Notes under the pieces: model-generated
What the model saw: the letters and a program-made list of their open reading frames with translations, nothing else
Databases searched by the model: none
Told to the model about the DNA's origin: nothing
Assembly (NCBI RefSeq): GCF_963921235.1
Contig: NC_086123.1
Span: forward strand, 18,042,001 to 18,106,000
Origin: Mobula hypostoma
Lineage: Eukaryota
Length of the DNA stretch: 64,000 nucleotides
Direction: 5' to 3'
Shown: positions 1 through 12,293 of the stretch, piece after piece
How positions within the stretch are numbered: the stretch's first letter is position 1
Layout: each line of letters begins with the position of its first letter
Program-made: the position numbers and the translations under genes

Positions 1-659
1 ATTCCTCAATTCAATTCAATAGTTCAGAGAAGTGTGTGTTATGATGTTGTCCTAACTGAGAACCTAATGTTATTGAATTAAAAGTTGTGCTTGCAACTTC
101 AGACACTTTGATTATTCATGATAGTCTTTTATTACCAAATCAGCCTTTCAATATAAAAAGGAGAACTTGAACACCAAAGTAACTGATACGTATCAAGAAA
201 TTATTCAAAAACTTGAACTGTACTGTATATCCAGCATTGCAGAAGCACTAAGTAGAAATTTAGAAAAGGGAATAAAGTAAATAGAAAAAGACTTAGGTCA
301 GGTTGTGCTCAAATAGGGAAATATGAGCTAAGTTGTCTTCCAAGAAGAACACTTTTAAATAGTAGGATATCAGGAAGTGTGGAGAACCGAAAAGAACTAA
401 GTGCGTGTGACATCTACCATAGTTCCCTAAGTTAAGGAAATCGAATAACCATAGGGAAGCCAATTTGACCCTTCACCCCACCAATCTATATCATGTGTCT
501 TGACAGTGAGGAAGGGGAATCCCACATTAGTATGTTAGCATGGATTATAAGAGCAGGAATACCCAAACAGTTCACGACTGAGTTCCAGGCCCCTTACAAT
601 AAAGATCTTAATAAAACTCTATCAGGGCCTTGCAGTATCCAGTACATTTTAATGAGAGA

Positions 660-950
660 GTCTCATTCTTCTGAATTCCATCATGTACAGGCCCAAAGGC
701 ACTAAGTTCTCCTCATATCTTAAGCCTTTCATTCCTGGGATTGTTCTTGTGAACCTCCTCTGGACCCCCTCCAGGGTCACCATGTCTTTCCTTAGATACT
801 GGGCCCACAATTAATCGTTATTCCCAACCTGGTCTGACCAACACCTTATAAAGCCTCAGCAGTACCTTTCCGAATGAATGCTAAAATTGTGTTTGCTTTT
901 CTTTCTACTGACGCAACCTGCAAATTAACTTTGGTGGTATCACAGAAACC
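660..950 (-). mobile_element. Decayed CR1 LINE fragment (ORF2 C-terminal region)
   Basis: Minus-strand translation NLQVASVERKANTILAFI resembles the CR1 ORF2 at 22134-22586. Confidence 0.7.
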
Positions 951-1212
951 CAACAGGGAAAGTTGTCTGAGTGTGGTTGACAGGATAAATGAAGTCAATG
1001 AAAGGTAACATGCAGTTGTGACACAGAATTGAGAATACAAATGATATGCTGGTCTTTTTTGTGAAAGGGTTTAAGTACAGAAATTTTTTTAAAATGTACT
1101 ACTGCAATTATTTAGAACTTTGGTATGACCACAATCTGCATTTGTGGTCTCCTTATCTAAAATAGTCTTGTCAGATAAGGCATGCAATGTATAAATTTGT
1201 CTCTATCTTATA

Positions 1213-1833
1213 CGAGGGGTGATTGATACGTTTCTGGCCTAAGGTGGAAGGAGTCAATTTTAGAAAACTAGCACATTTATTTTTCCTACATTTACACACT
1301 TAGTCCAGCGGTCGTGGAGCAGATGGATCCCTTCTTTGTAGAGGTCGGCGTCTTGGACCTCCAGAAAGTGGTCCACAGCAGGGGTGATTGATAAGTTCGT
1401 GGCCTAGGGTAGAAGGAGATGAGTTATTAACTTCAAACTTCCTACATTTTCACTCAGAGTTGAACTGCACGTGCATATAACGAGAGCTGTATAACTCATC
1501 TCCTTCTACCTTAGGCCACAAACTTATCAATCACCCCTGCTGTGGACCACCTGGAGGTCCAAGACACTCTCGTTACATGCATGTGCAGTTCAACTCTTTG
1601 AGTAATAATGTAGAAAGTTTGAAGTTAATAACTCATCTCCTTCTACCTTAGACCACAAACTTATCAATCACCCCTGCTGAGGACCACTTCTACAAAGAAG
1701 GGATCCGTATGCTCTACGACCGCTGGACTAAGTGTGTACATGTAGGAGGACACTACGTTGAAAAATAAATGTGCTGGGTTTTCTTAAATTGACTGCTTCT
1801 ACCTTAGGCCACAAACTTATCAATCACCCCTCG
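1213..1833. mobile_element. Palindromic mariner-derived MITE
   Basis: TA|CGAGGGGTGATTGAT...ATCAATCACCCCTCG|TA ends; extra TIR copies near 1381, 1502-1537 and 1639-1675; ~1690-1768 translates YKEGIRMLYDRWTKCVHVGGHYVEK*, a mariner transposase C-terminus. Confidence 0.85.
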
Positions 1834-2059
1834 TATCTACAGTGCAGTGCACGTGTGCTGTGAGCTGTGAACTTATTCTGTGGGTCCACTCTTACACTTT
1901 CTCTGACATCGGACTCCAGAATAAAAGTAGCTCTGCATTGGGCTCTGTCCATGGCAAGCCACAAGTGGGAAAATGGAGAAAATGCTTTCAAGATGTCCTC
2001 TTCAGAGAAATGGAGCAACTCCCAGGAAAAACCCAAGGTGGGTGAGGTGTGATGAGATG

Positions 2060-2870
2060 CAAGGTTGCATCATCTGCTCAACCTACTTGTCAAACTTCCC
2101 CACCACAGTGGTGCCCCGCACCTTCAGCAAGCTTCCTGCTGGAGTGAAACTAACATACAGAGCAAATGAGAAACTGGTCAGCCTACGTGGTCTCACTCCA
2201 ACATTAGAATGCAGATAGGCATACGTTAGGAGGCCAAGCTGCAAGACATGGATAAATCATACGAAAGGATGGGCCTCACACCAACATCTGCAAAGCTACA
2301 GTGTTCTACCCACTGGCCCATGCAATACATTCCCATCCCTGACTACAAAAACCCGCAAATATCACTCAGGAGTCATTTCCCCTATCTTGGCAGCCACCAC
2401 TGAGTGGAGGCAGATATGGAAGCTGAAGTTTACTATTGCCTTTGGGTGTCTGAGATAAATGGCACTTGAAGACTTTGAACGCAGGATAATCTTCAGGATT
2501 AACACACAAGATGCTGGAGGAACTCAGTAGATTTGGCAACTTCAACGGAGGGAAAAGGACAGTCAATATTTTGGGTTGAGGGCCTTCAGCTAAACGTAGA
2601 AATAGAGGGAGACAGCCAGTATTAAAAGGTGGAAGGAAGGAATGCAGCAAGGGCTGACAGGTAATACGTGGATTCAAGATACTGGCTAACAATAATGCCT
2701 GCCTTCCTATATGCTTTTGAGATATCAATCACCTGTAGTGGGTACCTCAAAACAGAGAATAAGTACCACCAATACTTCCTCTGCAAAATTGTCCAAATCC
2801 ACAAAAACCATCAACAGTCTCTCCAGCACCAAAGCTCTAATTACCTTCAGTCGACTCCAATACAGTAGAC
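2060..2870 (+). mobile_element. Highly decayed RTE-like LINE fragments, interrupted by a short Penelope-derived repeat (~2500-2680)
   Basis: Residual RTE-like peptide GVKLTYRANEKLVSLR; heavily degenerate. Confidence 0.4.
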
Positions 2871-3368
2871 AAATGTTCCAATGAGATTCACATCCCTGCA
2901 TCGGACCCCCTAAGCGAACATTCTATCGCTAACCCCGTCACGGCAAGGGGTCAGGAAGTGCAGAAGAGGAAGTGATTCAACTTCTGTAATCTCTGTGGAA
3001 GTAATATGTAACATCCCCTCCAAGTCATGGGGATCCCTGCCGCCCAAACCTTCAAAATGGGGAAGTAACATCTGAGATGGGATTGAGAACCTCAAGGGTA
3101 TTTTTCAGCAGGACACTTCAAATTGTGAAGGATTGCACCATTTCCCTTCTCTGCTCGCTCCATCAAGCACATCCTGCCTCAACTATGACAGGGGACCTGT
3201 AGGTCACGTATTATCTTCATTAGTCCCACGAGGCCCACAGCTCTGGAGCGAAAGCAACTCACCTCAATCCTAACACCAGGAGTTCTGCAGATACTGGAAA
3301 TTCAAGCAACGCACATCAAAGTTGCTGGTGAACGCAGCAGACCAGGCAGTATCTCTAGGAAGAGATGC

Positions 3369-3405
3369 AGTTGACGTTTCAGGCCGAGACCCTTCGTCAG
3401 GACTA
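3369..3405 (-). ncRNA. Minimal hammerhead ribozyme motif (inverted pseudo-LTR copy)
   Basis: Reverse complement reads AGTCCTGACGAAGGGTCTCGGCCTGAAACGTCAACT. Confidence 0.7.
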
Positions 3406-4302
3406 ACTGCAGGAAGAGTTAGTAAGAGATTTGAAAGTGGGAGGGGGAGGGGGAGATCCAAAATGATAGGAGAAGACAGGAGGGGGAGGGATGGAGCCAA
3501 GAGCTGGACAGGTGATTGGCAAAAGGGATCCCTCCCCCCCTCTGCTTTCCACAGGGATCGCTCCCTACGTGACTCCCTTGTCCATTCGTCCCCCCCATCC
3601 CTCCCCACTGATCTCCCTCCCGGCACTTATCCGTGTAAGCGGAACAAGTGCTACACATGGCCTTATACTTCCTCCCTTACCACCATTCAGGGCCCCAGAC
3701 AGTCCTTCCAGGTGAGGCGACATTTCACCTGTGAGTCGGCTGGTGTGATATACTGCATCCGGTGCTCCCGATGTGGCCTTCTATATATTGGCGAGACCTG
3801 ACGCAGACTGGGAGATCATTTTGCTGAACACCTACGCTCTAGCCACCAGAGAAAGCAGGATCTCCCAGTGGTCACACATTTTAATTCCACATCCCATTCC
3901 CATTCTGATATGTCTATCCACGGCCTCCTCTACTGTAAAGATGAAGCCACACTCAGGTTGGAGGAACAACACTTTATATTCCGTCTGGGTAGCCTCCAAC
4001 CTAATGGCATGAACATTGACTTCTCAAACTTCCGCTAATGCCCCACCTCCCCTTCATACCTCATCCGTTATTTATTTATATACACACATTCTTTCTCTCT
4101 CTCTCTCCTTTTTCTCAATCTGTCCCTCTCACTATACCCCTTTCCCATCCTCTGAGTTTTTTCCCCCCCTCCCCCTTTTCCTTCTCCCTGGGTCTCCTGT
4201 CCCATGATCCTCTCATATCCCTTTTGCCAATCACCTGTCCAGCTCTTGGCTCCATCCCTCCCCCTCCCACTTTCAAATCTCTTACTAGCTGTTCTTTCAG
4301 TT

Positions 4303-4339
4303 AGTCCTGACGAAGGGTCTCGGCCCGAAACATCGACTG
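4303..4339 (+). ncRNA. Minimal hammerhead ribozyme motif in the Penelope pseudo-LTR
   Basis: AGTC-CTGACGA-AGGGTCTCGGCCC-GAAAC-ATC-GACT: CUGANGA and GAAA core boxes, short stem II, AGTC/GACT stem I. Confidence 0.75.
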
Positions 4340-4544
4340 TACCTCTTCCTAGAGATGCTGCCTGGCCTGCTGCGTTCACCAGCAACTTTGGTGTGTGTCA
4401 CCTCAACCCTGAAGTGTTGCCAACAAAAAAGAATATCTGAACTATGATGTCATGTAAGCTATAGACTTCTGAACTATTTGAGATTAAAACAATGGTACGT
4501 GTAGGTAAGAAACACAATACAAAACAGCTGCTACAATGATTTCA

Positions 4545-4835
4545 TTTTTCATTTTATTGAGATACAGGAGGAATAGACCCTTCTGGCCTTTCGAGCCAGG
4601 CTGCCCAGCGATCCCCTGACTCAGTTCTAGCCTAATCATTGGACAACTTACAATGACCACTTAACCTACTAACTGATATGTCTTTGGACTGTGGGAGGTA
4701 ACTGGAGCACCCGGAGGAAACCCCAAATGGTCACAGGGAGAACGTACAAACTCCTGACAGGCAGCAGCGGGAATTGAACCTGCACCAGCTGTACTGTAAA
4801 GTGTTGTGCTAACCACAATGCTACTGTGCCATCCC
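4545..4835 (-). mobile_element. tRNA-derived V-SINE/HE1-like SINE
   Basis: Minus strand: A-box-like TGGCACAGTAG, B-box GGTTCAATTCCC, V-domain-like GGAGTTTGTACGTTCTCCC...GGGTTTCCTCCGGGTGCTCC, A-rich tail. Confidence 0.75.
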
Positions 4836-6004
4836 AATATCACAAGCTTTACTGCTCATTTCCATTTAATCACAACTTTTTCATCTACTTTGTTTCCAGA
4901 ATTGTTGACAATCTATAGAAGGTGCATTAAAGTTACATTAATAGGTGCAAACAAATTGTCAGAATGCATGACACTTTCAAGGAATGAATGCTACCTACAC
5001 TGCACATTTTTTAGACATCTTGCTTACTTTATAGTGAGAGTGCGTCACTTTAAAATAGTAATTGAATGCCATAACCATAATAAAATTAACACTCTCTACC
5101 CAGATTAGAAATATTGTGGTCATCTGCAGATTTCTGTGGTGTTTCATGGCTCAAGTTGGGGCTCTTTCACAGGGCTGTATCTTTCGATCTCATGCATGCT
5201 ATGTCTGCTTTGTGCTGTGTGTGACTTTTAGTACTGTATTTTGTATCTTGACCACGGAGTAGCACGGACTCATTTGGCTGTATTCATGGATATTCATGTA
5301 TAGTTGAATAACAAATAAACTTGAATTGAATTGAATTTTATCGAGAATATCTTCAAACAACATGCAATGTCACCGAAATTCCTGTTCCTCCACTTAATAT
5401 TAAAATCTGCTTGAAATTGTAGGTGGACTGAGTGAATATGCAAAGTTCAGTTTGAAGGAGGTGATATACAAATGGAAGATCCTCAAAGCAATGGCAATTC
5501 AAACAAATCAGAAGGTAAATGCTAAAATTTGTACTGGTATATTGTTAGATTATTGTCTTCAGTTGTAGGACATAGCTTAGGTTTTATTGTTCATTGTGGA
5601 AGGAATTGCTGAAAGTTCTATCACTTTGATAGAGGAATGAGAAAATTAAGTGAAAGGTGCACAGCCTGTTATTGATTTTTCCATGTTATATCACAGTTCT
5701 GAGTGAGGCTATAACAAAACCACAGTGTTAAAGTTGTATTGTAATCATTTCAGCAATTCACAGTGTGTATCTGAAATGTGTGTACACAAATCATTCAGTT
5801 TGTGCAGCAAAGCTTATGAAATATATTTGACCAGAAGTGTTATCAGAGTATAATGGTCCTTCTTGTGGTTCTATTCAGTTTCCCACCCTTTTCTTAAAAG
5901 AGGAAATGTTATTTTCTTCCTTTTTACTTGATCAGTTTGTAATCATAAAGAAGAATTTGTGAAAAGCTTTAATGAAATCAGTGATGAATTTTATGTGATG
6001 ATGA

Positions 6005-8232
6005 ACTCACTTTCCACTCGGCCTTGAACCGTCTGGACAACAGCAATATCAAAGTCAGGATGCTGTTTACTCATCTGAGCTCGGCAGTCAACACTGTCAT
6101 ACCCACATTACTAATCAAGCTTCAAAACCTACCTCTGCAACTGGATTCTTGACTTTCATTGTTGGGAGGCCACAGTCAGTATGGTTCAGAAATACCACCT
6201 TCTCACTGTCCCACTGACAATCAACGCTGGTGCATCTCAGGGGTGTGTGCTTAGCCCACTGCTCTACCCTCTCTGCACCCATGACTGTGTGGTTAGGCGT
6301 AGCTCAAATACCACCTATGAATTTGCCGATGACACAACTGTTTATTGGCAGAATCTCCGATGGAGACGAAGAGGTGTACAGGAGTGAGACCAACTGATTG
6401 AGTGGTGTCACAACGACAATCTTGCACTCAACGTCAGAAACACCAAGAATTGATTGTGGACTTCAGGAAGGGTAAGTTGAGGGAACACACAATAGTCCTC
6501 ATTGAGGGGTCAGCAGTAGAAAGGGTGAGCAGTTTCCTGGGTGTCAATATCTCTGAGGACATATCCTAGGTCTAACATATTGATGCAATTACAAAGAAGC
6601 TATGCCAGTGGCTGTATTTCATTAGGTGTCAGAGGAGATTTGGTATGTCACCAAAGACTCGTAACAAGTTTCTACAGATATATTATGAAGAGCATTCAAA
6701 CTGGTGCATTACTGTCCGGTATGGAGGGGCCACTGCACAGGATGGAAAAAAAACTAGAGGGTTGCAAACTCATCCAGCTCCATCACGGGCACTAGCCTCC
6801 CCAGCATTGAGGACATCTTCGAAAGGCAATGCAGCATGAAGGTGGCATTCCTCATTAAGGACCCCCATCAACCAGCCAGGACATGCCCTCTTCTTATTAC
6901 TACCAAGACAGAGGAGGTGCAGGAGTCTAGATTCTAGGAGTAGCTTCTTGAAGGACAATGGAACAACCCATGAGCACTATCACGTTCCCCCAAGGCTTTG
7001 TGCTTAGCTGCCTGTTCTACCCACTTTGCGCTTACGACTGTCGCAGCTCCAGTGCTATATCTCAGTTTGCTGATGACTCCACTGTCACTGGCCGAATCAT
7101 AGGTGGTGATGCACGTTGCACTTTGCACATTTGGACGGAGGCTTAACGTAAAGATTTTTATTCCTCGTGTTTGTGAAGGACGTAAGAAATAAAGTCAATT
7201 CAATTCAATCAGCATATGGGAGGGAGATTGAAAATCTGGCTGAATGGTGGCACAACAACAACCTCTCCCTCAAGGTCAGGAGCTGATTATTGACTTCAGG
7301 AGGAGGAAACCAGAGGCCCATCAGCCATTCCTCGCCGGGGAATCAGAGGCGGAAAGAGTCAGCAACTTGTAATTTCTCAGTGCTATCATTTCAGAGGACC
7401 TGCACATAAGTGTAATTATGAAGAAAGCATGGGAGCACCTCTACTTTCTTTGAGGTTTGTAAAGATTCGGCATGATATCTAATTCTTTGACAAAATTGTA
7501 TAGATGTGTGATGGAGAGCATATTGGTTGCATCACAGTCTGGAAACACCAGTGCCCTTGAACAAAAAATCCTACAAAAGGTAGTGGATACAGTCCAGTCC
7601 TTCATGGCTAAAGCCCTCCCCTCCATTGAGTACATCTACACGGAGTGAGGAAAGCAGCATCCATCATCAGGCCATGCTCTCTTCTCGCTGCTGCCATCAG
7701 GAAGTAAGTACAGGAGCCTCAGGACTCACACCACCCGGTTCAAGAACAGTGATTACCCCTCAGTCATCAGGCTCTTCAACCAGTGGAGATAACTTCATCC
7801 AACTTCACTCGCTCCATCACTGAACTGTTCCCACAACCTATGGACTCACTTTCAAGGACTCTTCATCTCTTGTTCTCGATATTTATTGATGATTTATTTA
7901 TTGTTATTCTTATTTTTTCTTTCTCTTTTGGGTTTGCAGAGTTTGTTGTCTTTTGCACATTGGTGTGATGGGTGTGGTCTTTCACTGATCCTATTGTGTT
8001 CATGGATTTGCAAGAAAATGAACCTTAGGGTCGTATATGGTGACATGCAGGTACTTTGATAATAAATTTATTTTGAACTTGACTATCTTTTTGCACTACT
8101 CATTCAGTTTAATGTTTAAATATATTTCTTATTGTAACTTATAGTACTTTTTATGTATTGCACTTCACTGCTGCCACAAGGCAACAGATTTCACATCATA
8201 TGTCAGTGATATTAAACCTGATTCTGATTCCG
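6005..8232 (+). mobile_element. Two or more decayed Rex1/Babar LINE fragments with 3' UTR and (ATTCTG)n tail
   Basis: RT motifs GASQGCVLSPLLY..CTHDC and EFADDTTV (6181-6387) and PQGFVLSCLFY...QFADDSTV (6958-7146). Confidence 0.8.
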
Positions 8233-8257
8233 ATTCACCTGAACCACTGGTCCTTTG

Positions 8258-8465
8258 AAACATAAACATAGAAACATAGAAAATAGGTGTAGGAGTAGGC
8301 CATTCGGCCCTTTGGGCCTGCACTGCCATTCAGTATGATCATGGTTGATCATCCAACTCAGAACCCAGTATCTGCCTTCTCTCCATACCCCCGATCCCTT
8401 TAGCCACAATGGCCATATCTAACTCCCTCTTAAATATAGCCAATGAACTGGCATCAACTGTTTCC
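8258..8465 (-). mobile_element. CR1 3' end with (CATAGAAA)n tail
   Basis: Near-identical reverse complement of 25795-26000. Confidence 0.85.
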
Positions 8466-8869
8466 CGACATACCCGAACAAAACTTTTCCATGGAGGGCG
8501 TCCAGCCGTTCGGGCCGTCCAGAAGTGCACTGAGAGCGGTAAGCGTAAAGCAGTTGGGGGCTTGCTGTTCTGGTTAACAGCGGATGATGCAATCCTGGTC
8601 ATATTACGATCGAGGAACATGTTTGTAGACCGGATATTGAACTTTTTGCTGTTGGACTCTGGCCATATTCCACCGAGATACAACACTGGGCATAATGGGA
8701 GGTTGTGCCTGCCTGTGGCCATCGAACTTTGCAGCTCCTCCCATGGAGGGCTTTGGTTGACTAAGTAAATGATTACTTGAAGACAAAGCCTCACCTCGAC
8801 CAAGTTCATGGTCTTTAATGCAGTACAGGTCCCTAAACTCTTGGGTGCTTTGAACACCTGGATAATTTT

Positions 8870-9170
8870 ATTTTATTTTATTTTAAAAATCTTATTTAGA
8901 GATACGGCGCAGAACCAGCCCTTCCAGCCCAAAGAGTTGCCCAGCAACCCTAGCCTCATCACCGTATGAGTTTACAATGACCAACTAACCTACTAACCGG
9001 TATGGCTTTGGACTGTGGAAGGATACCGGTGCACCTGGATACCAGAAACCCATACGGTCACAGGGAAAACGTACACACTCCTTACAGGCGGCACCAGGAT
9101 TGAACTCTGAATTCCGATGCCCCCAAGCTGTAAGAGCACAGCACTAACCGCTAAACTATCGTGGTGTCCC
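8870..9170 (-). mobile_element. V-SINE/HE1-like SINE
   Basis: B-box-like AGTTCAATCCT, V-domain-like GGAGTGTGTACGTTTTCCCTGTGACC, (TAAAA)n tail. Confidence 0.65.
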
Positions 9171-9726
9171 AACACGTTCAGAAGGCATCTCAAGATGCAG
9201 GAGGATGTTCGCCAGTCTTATGTAGCTCTGAAAAGTCCTACAAGCCCATTGACAGCACAAATAATCTCCCCAAGTCGATGCCTGTGCCATCTGGGTTCGA
9301 ATCACGCTTTACCAGCTCTGATAAATGAATCACATTTTTATATCATGAAGTGATAGAGTCGAGGAGCAACACAATATGGATGCAAGACCCTGTAGCCCAA
9401 TGAGTCCATGCTGATAACAGTGCCCACCCAGCTGGGCCCAATTTCCTGTAGGGCCCATATCCCTCGATCCCACCTCTCCCTATACCAATCCAAGTGTTTC
9501 TCAAATGAAACGATTGCACCTGTTGTTATATTTTGTAACTTCAAAACATTAAACTAATTCAAAGAAAGATATGGGAGTCTGAAAATACAAGTGTAACTTC
9601 TTTACTTTAAGTGAGGCGCACACATATCACGTGGTAGCATGATGACGTATGCAATTAATGTATTCTTACGGACAATCCATGATGAATTATTTAAGTGAAC
9701 GAGAATGCTTAATCAAACAATACATA

Positions 9727-11326
9727 CAGTGGCGTGCAAACGCTCGGGCACCCAGGTCAAAATTTCTGTTACTGTGAATAGCTAAGTGAGTAAAAGATGA
9801 CCTGATTTCCAAAAGGCATGAAGTTAAAGATGACACATTTCTTTAATATTGTAAGCAAGATTACTTTTTTAATTCTATCTTTTACAGTTTCAAAATAACA
9901 AAAAAGGAAAAGGGTCCGAAGCAAAAGTTTGGGTACCCTGCATGGTCAGTACTTAGTAACACCCTCTTCGGCAAGTATCACAGCTTGTAAACACATTCTG
10001 TAGCCAGCTAAGTCCTTCAATTCTAGTTTGGGAGATATTCTCCCATTCTTCCTTGCAAAAGGCTTCTAGTTCTGTGAGATTCTTGGGCCGTCTTGCATGC
10101 ACTGCTCTTTTGAGGTCTAGCCACAGAATTTTGAAGATGTTTAGGTCAGGGGACGGTGAGGGCCATGGCAAAACCTTCAGTTTGTGCCTCTTGAGGTCGT
10201 CCATTATGGATTTTGAGGTGTGTTTAGGATCATTATCTTGTTGTAGAAGCCATTCTCTTTTCATCTTCAGCTTTTTTACAGACTGTGTGTGATGTTTGCT
10301 TCCAGAATTTGCTGGTATTTAATTGAATTCATTCTTCCCTCTACCAGTGAAATGTTCCCCGTGCCACTGGCTGCAACACAAGCCCAAAGCATGATCGATC
10401 CATCCCCGTGCTTAACAGTTGGAGAGGTGTTCTTTTCATGAAATTCTGCACCCTTTTTTCTCCAAACTTACCTTTGCTCATTGAAGCCAAAAAGTTTTAT
10501 TTTAACTTCATCATTCCACAGTACTTGTTTCCAAAAATGCATCAGGCTTGTTTAGATGTTCCTTTGCAAATGTCTGATGCTGAATTTTGTGGTGGGGATG
10601 CAGGAAAGGATTTCTTCTGATGACTCTTCCATGAAGGTCATATTTGTGCAGGTGTTGCTGCACAGTAGAACAGTGCACCACCACTCCAGAGTCTGCTAAA
10701 TCTTCCTGAAGGTCTTTTGCAGTCAAACGGGGGTTTTGATTTGTCTTTCTAGCAATCCTACAAGCAGTTCTCTCAGAAAGTTTTCTTGGTCTTCCAGACC
10801 TCAGCTTGACCTTCACCGTTCCTGTTAAATGCCATTTCTTAATTACATTACGAACTGAGGATACGGCTACCTGAAAACACTTTGCTATCTTCTTGTAGTC
10901 TTCCCCTGCTTTGTGGGCATCATTTATTTTAATTTTCAGAGTGCTAGGTAGCTGCTAAGAAGACAAGGTTTGAGGAGTCAGGGTATTTATAAAGCTTTGA
11001 AATTTGCATCACCTGGCCTTTCCTAATGATGACTGTGAACAAGCCATAGCCCTAACAAGCTAATTAAGGTCTGAGACCTTGGTAAAAGTTATCTGAAAGC
11101 TCAAATCTCTTGGAGCACCATCCAAACTTTGCATGGTGCTCCTTTCCTTTTTTTCACTCTAAAATTGTACAAAACAAAAATAATACAGTAATAGTGCTTA
11201 AAATGTTGAAAAGAATGTTTCATCTTTAACTTTATGACTTTTGGAGATCAGTTCATCTTCTACTCATTTAACTATTCACAGTAACAGAAATTTTGACTGG
11301 GGTGCCCAAAAATTTGCATGCCACTT
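9727..11326 (-). mobile_element. Tc1-family DNA transposon, ~1.6 kb, with decayed transposase, nested in the Gypsy 3' LTR
   Basis: TA-flanked CAGTGGCGTGCAAA...TTTGCATGCCACT ends with ~200-bp inverted repeats and internal direct repeats; RSGRPRK, QQDNDPKHTS and WPSPSPDLN motifs in broken frames. Confidence 0.93.
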
Positions 11327-11659
11327 TATACAAGTCACTCAAATATTACTGAAATATTAAATACACAACTCTTCCCTGCTTAGCTATAAACTCCAATTCA
11401 ATAGAGAATGCATCTCAGCTTTACACACTGTATACAATATAATACAGCTACCGTATACAGACATCTGCAGCATAGTAAATTTTAAATTGTCCTATTCAGG
11501 CCTAGAAATTTAATCACAGTGGAGGATTTCTTCCTTGTGGGATAACATCATTCCTGACAAGCAAGGTCACTCTGCTTGGCCAATGAGATGTCGCTATGAA
11601 AACAATCTCACTCAGAGGTGATTGTAGGAGTTGACTTTAAGACTGCAGGAAGTGATACT

Positions 11660-12293
11660 TTGGTCCCTTTCCTTTTCTTTCTCATATTCCTTCTCCTTTT
11701 CTCAATCATATTCTTTCTCTCCATCTCTCTCCTCTTCTTTTTCTTCTTCTTTGTGCATCTTGATCTTGGAAAGGTGCTTTTAGATCATTGGAGTATTCTC
11801 TTACTAATCCTTCTATTGCTCCCTTTATGATCTGATCTCTCTTCTTTGTTTTCTCATCCACAACATCATCTGGTGAATCCTTTGTTTTTTGTATCTTCAT
11901 TAATTCCTTTCGTTTTGGCCTTCCATTCATCCAGCTGGGCTTTGGTCTTTGCATCTGCTTTTACAAGCAGCTTTTTGTCTCCCATTTGATGTTCATGCAA
12001 TAACCTTAATGCATGCAGAGTGGATTCTGGTTCTTTATACTCACAAAAGCCGAATGCTTGCAACTTTCCTGAAGCTCCTTGAACTCTTTTCCAGCTAAAA
12101 TCCAAGCCACATTTTGCTAGTAACTGCCTGATTAACATATCAAGAGCTTTCTCAGGCACGTAACCTACAAAAATTGTTGTAGTTGGACCACTGCTTTCAT
12201 CTCTTCACCTCTTGCATGATTCCTCTGAGCAGCATGGTCCTTTCTTGGTCCAATATGCTTTCCAACCAGAGGCACAGAGGTTGGCTCCATCAC
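11660..12293 (-). pseudogene. RBM25: Processed RBM25 fragment (RRM and following region) inside the Gypsy element; frameshifted
   Basis: VGKHIGPRKDH, GPTTTIFVG, EKALDMLIRQLLAKCGL.FSWKRVQGASGKLQAFGFCEYKEPESTLHALRLLH...KKLLVKADAKTKAQLDEWKAK, DEKTKKRDQIIKGAIEGLVREYS match my recollection of vertebrate RBM25 residues ~53-240, contiguous in the DNA. Confidence 0.92.

Larger units (their letters stand above)
3272..4400 (+). mobile_element. Penelope-like element, 5'-truncated: GIY-YIG endonuclease remnant, 3' pseudo-LTR and an inverted 5' pseudo-LTR copy
   Basis: PGTYPCKRNKC...FTCESAGVIYCIRCSRCGLLYIGET*RRLGDHFAEHL...QPNGMNIDF; 3272-3527 is the reverse complement of ~4220-4400. Confidence 0.9.

Noticed and set aside
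4760-4835. tRNA gene
   Set aside because: The A/B boxes belong to a SINE head; no complete cloverleaf is evident.
8339-8857. 172-aa ORF as a gene
   Set aside because: A chance read-through across three unrelated segments, ending in the CR1 ORF2 C-terminus.
11866-12159. RBM25 as a functional host gene or exon
   Set aside because: Partial, frameshifted, apparently intronless and enclosed by Gypsy sequence.
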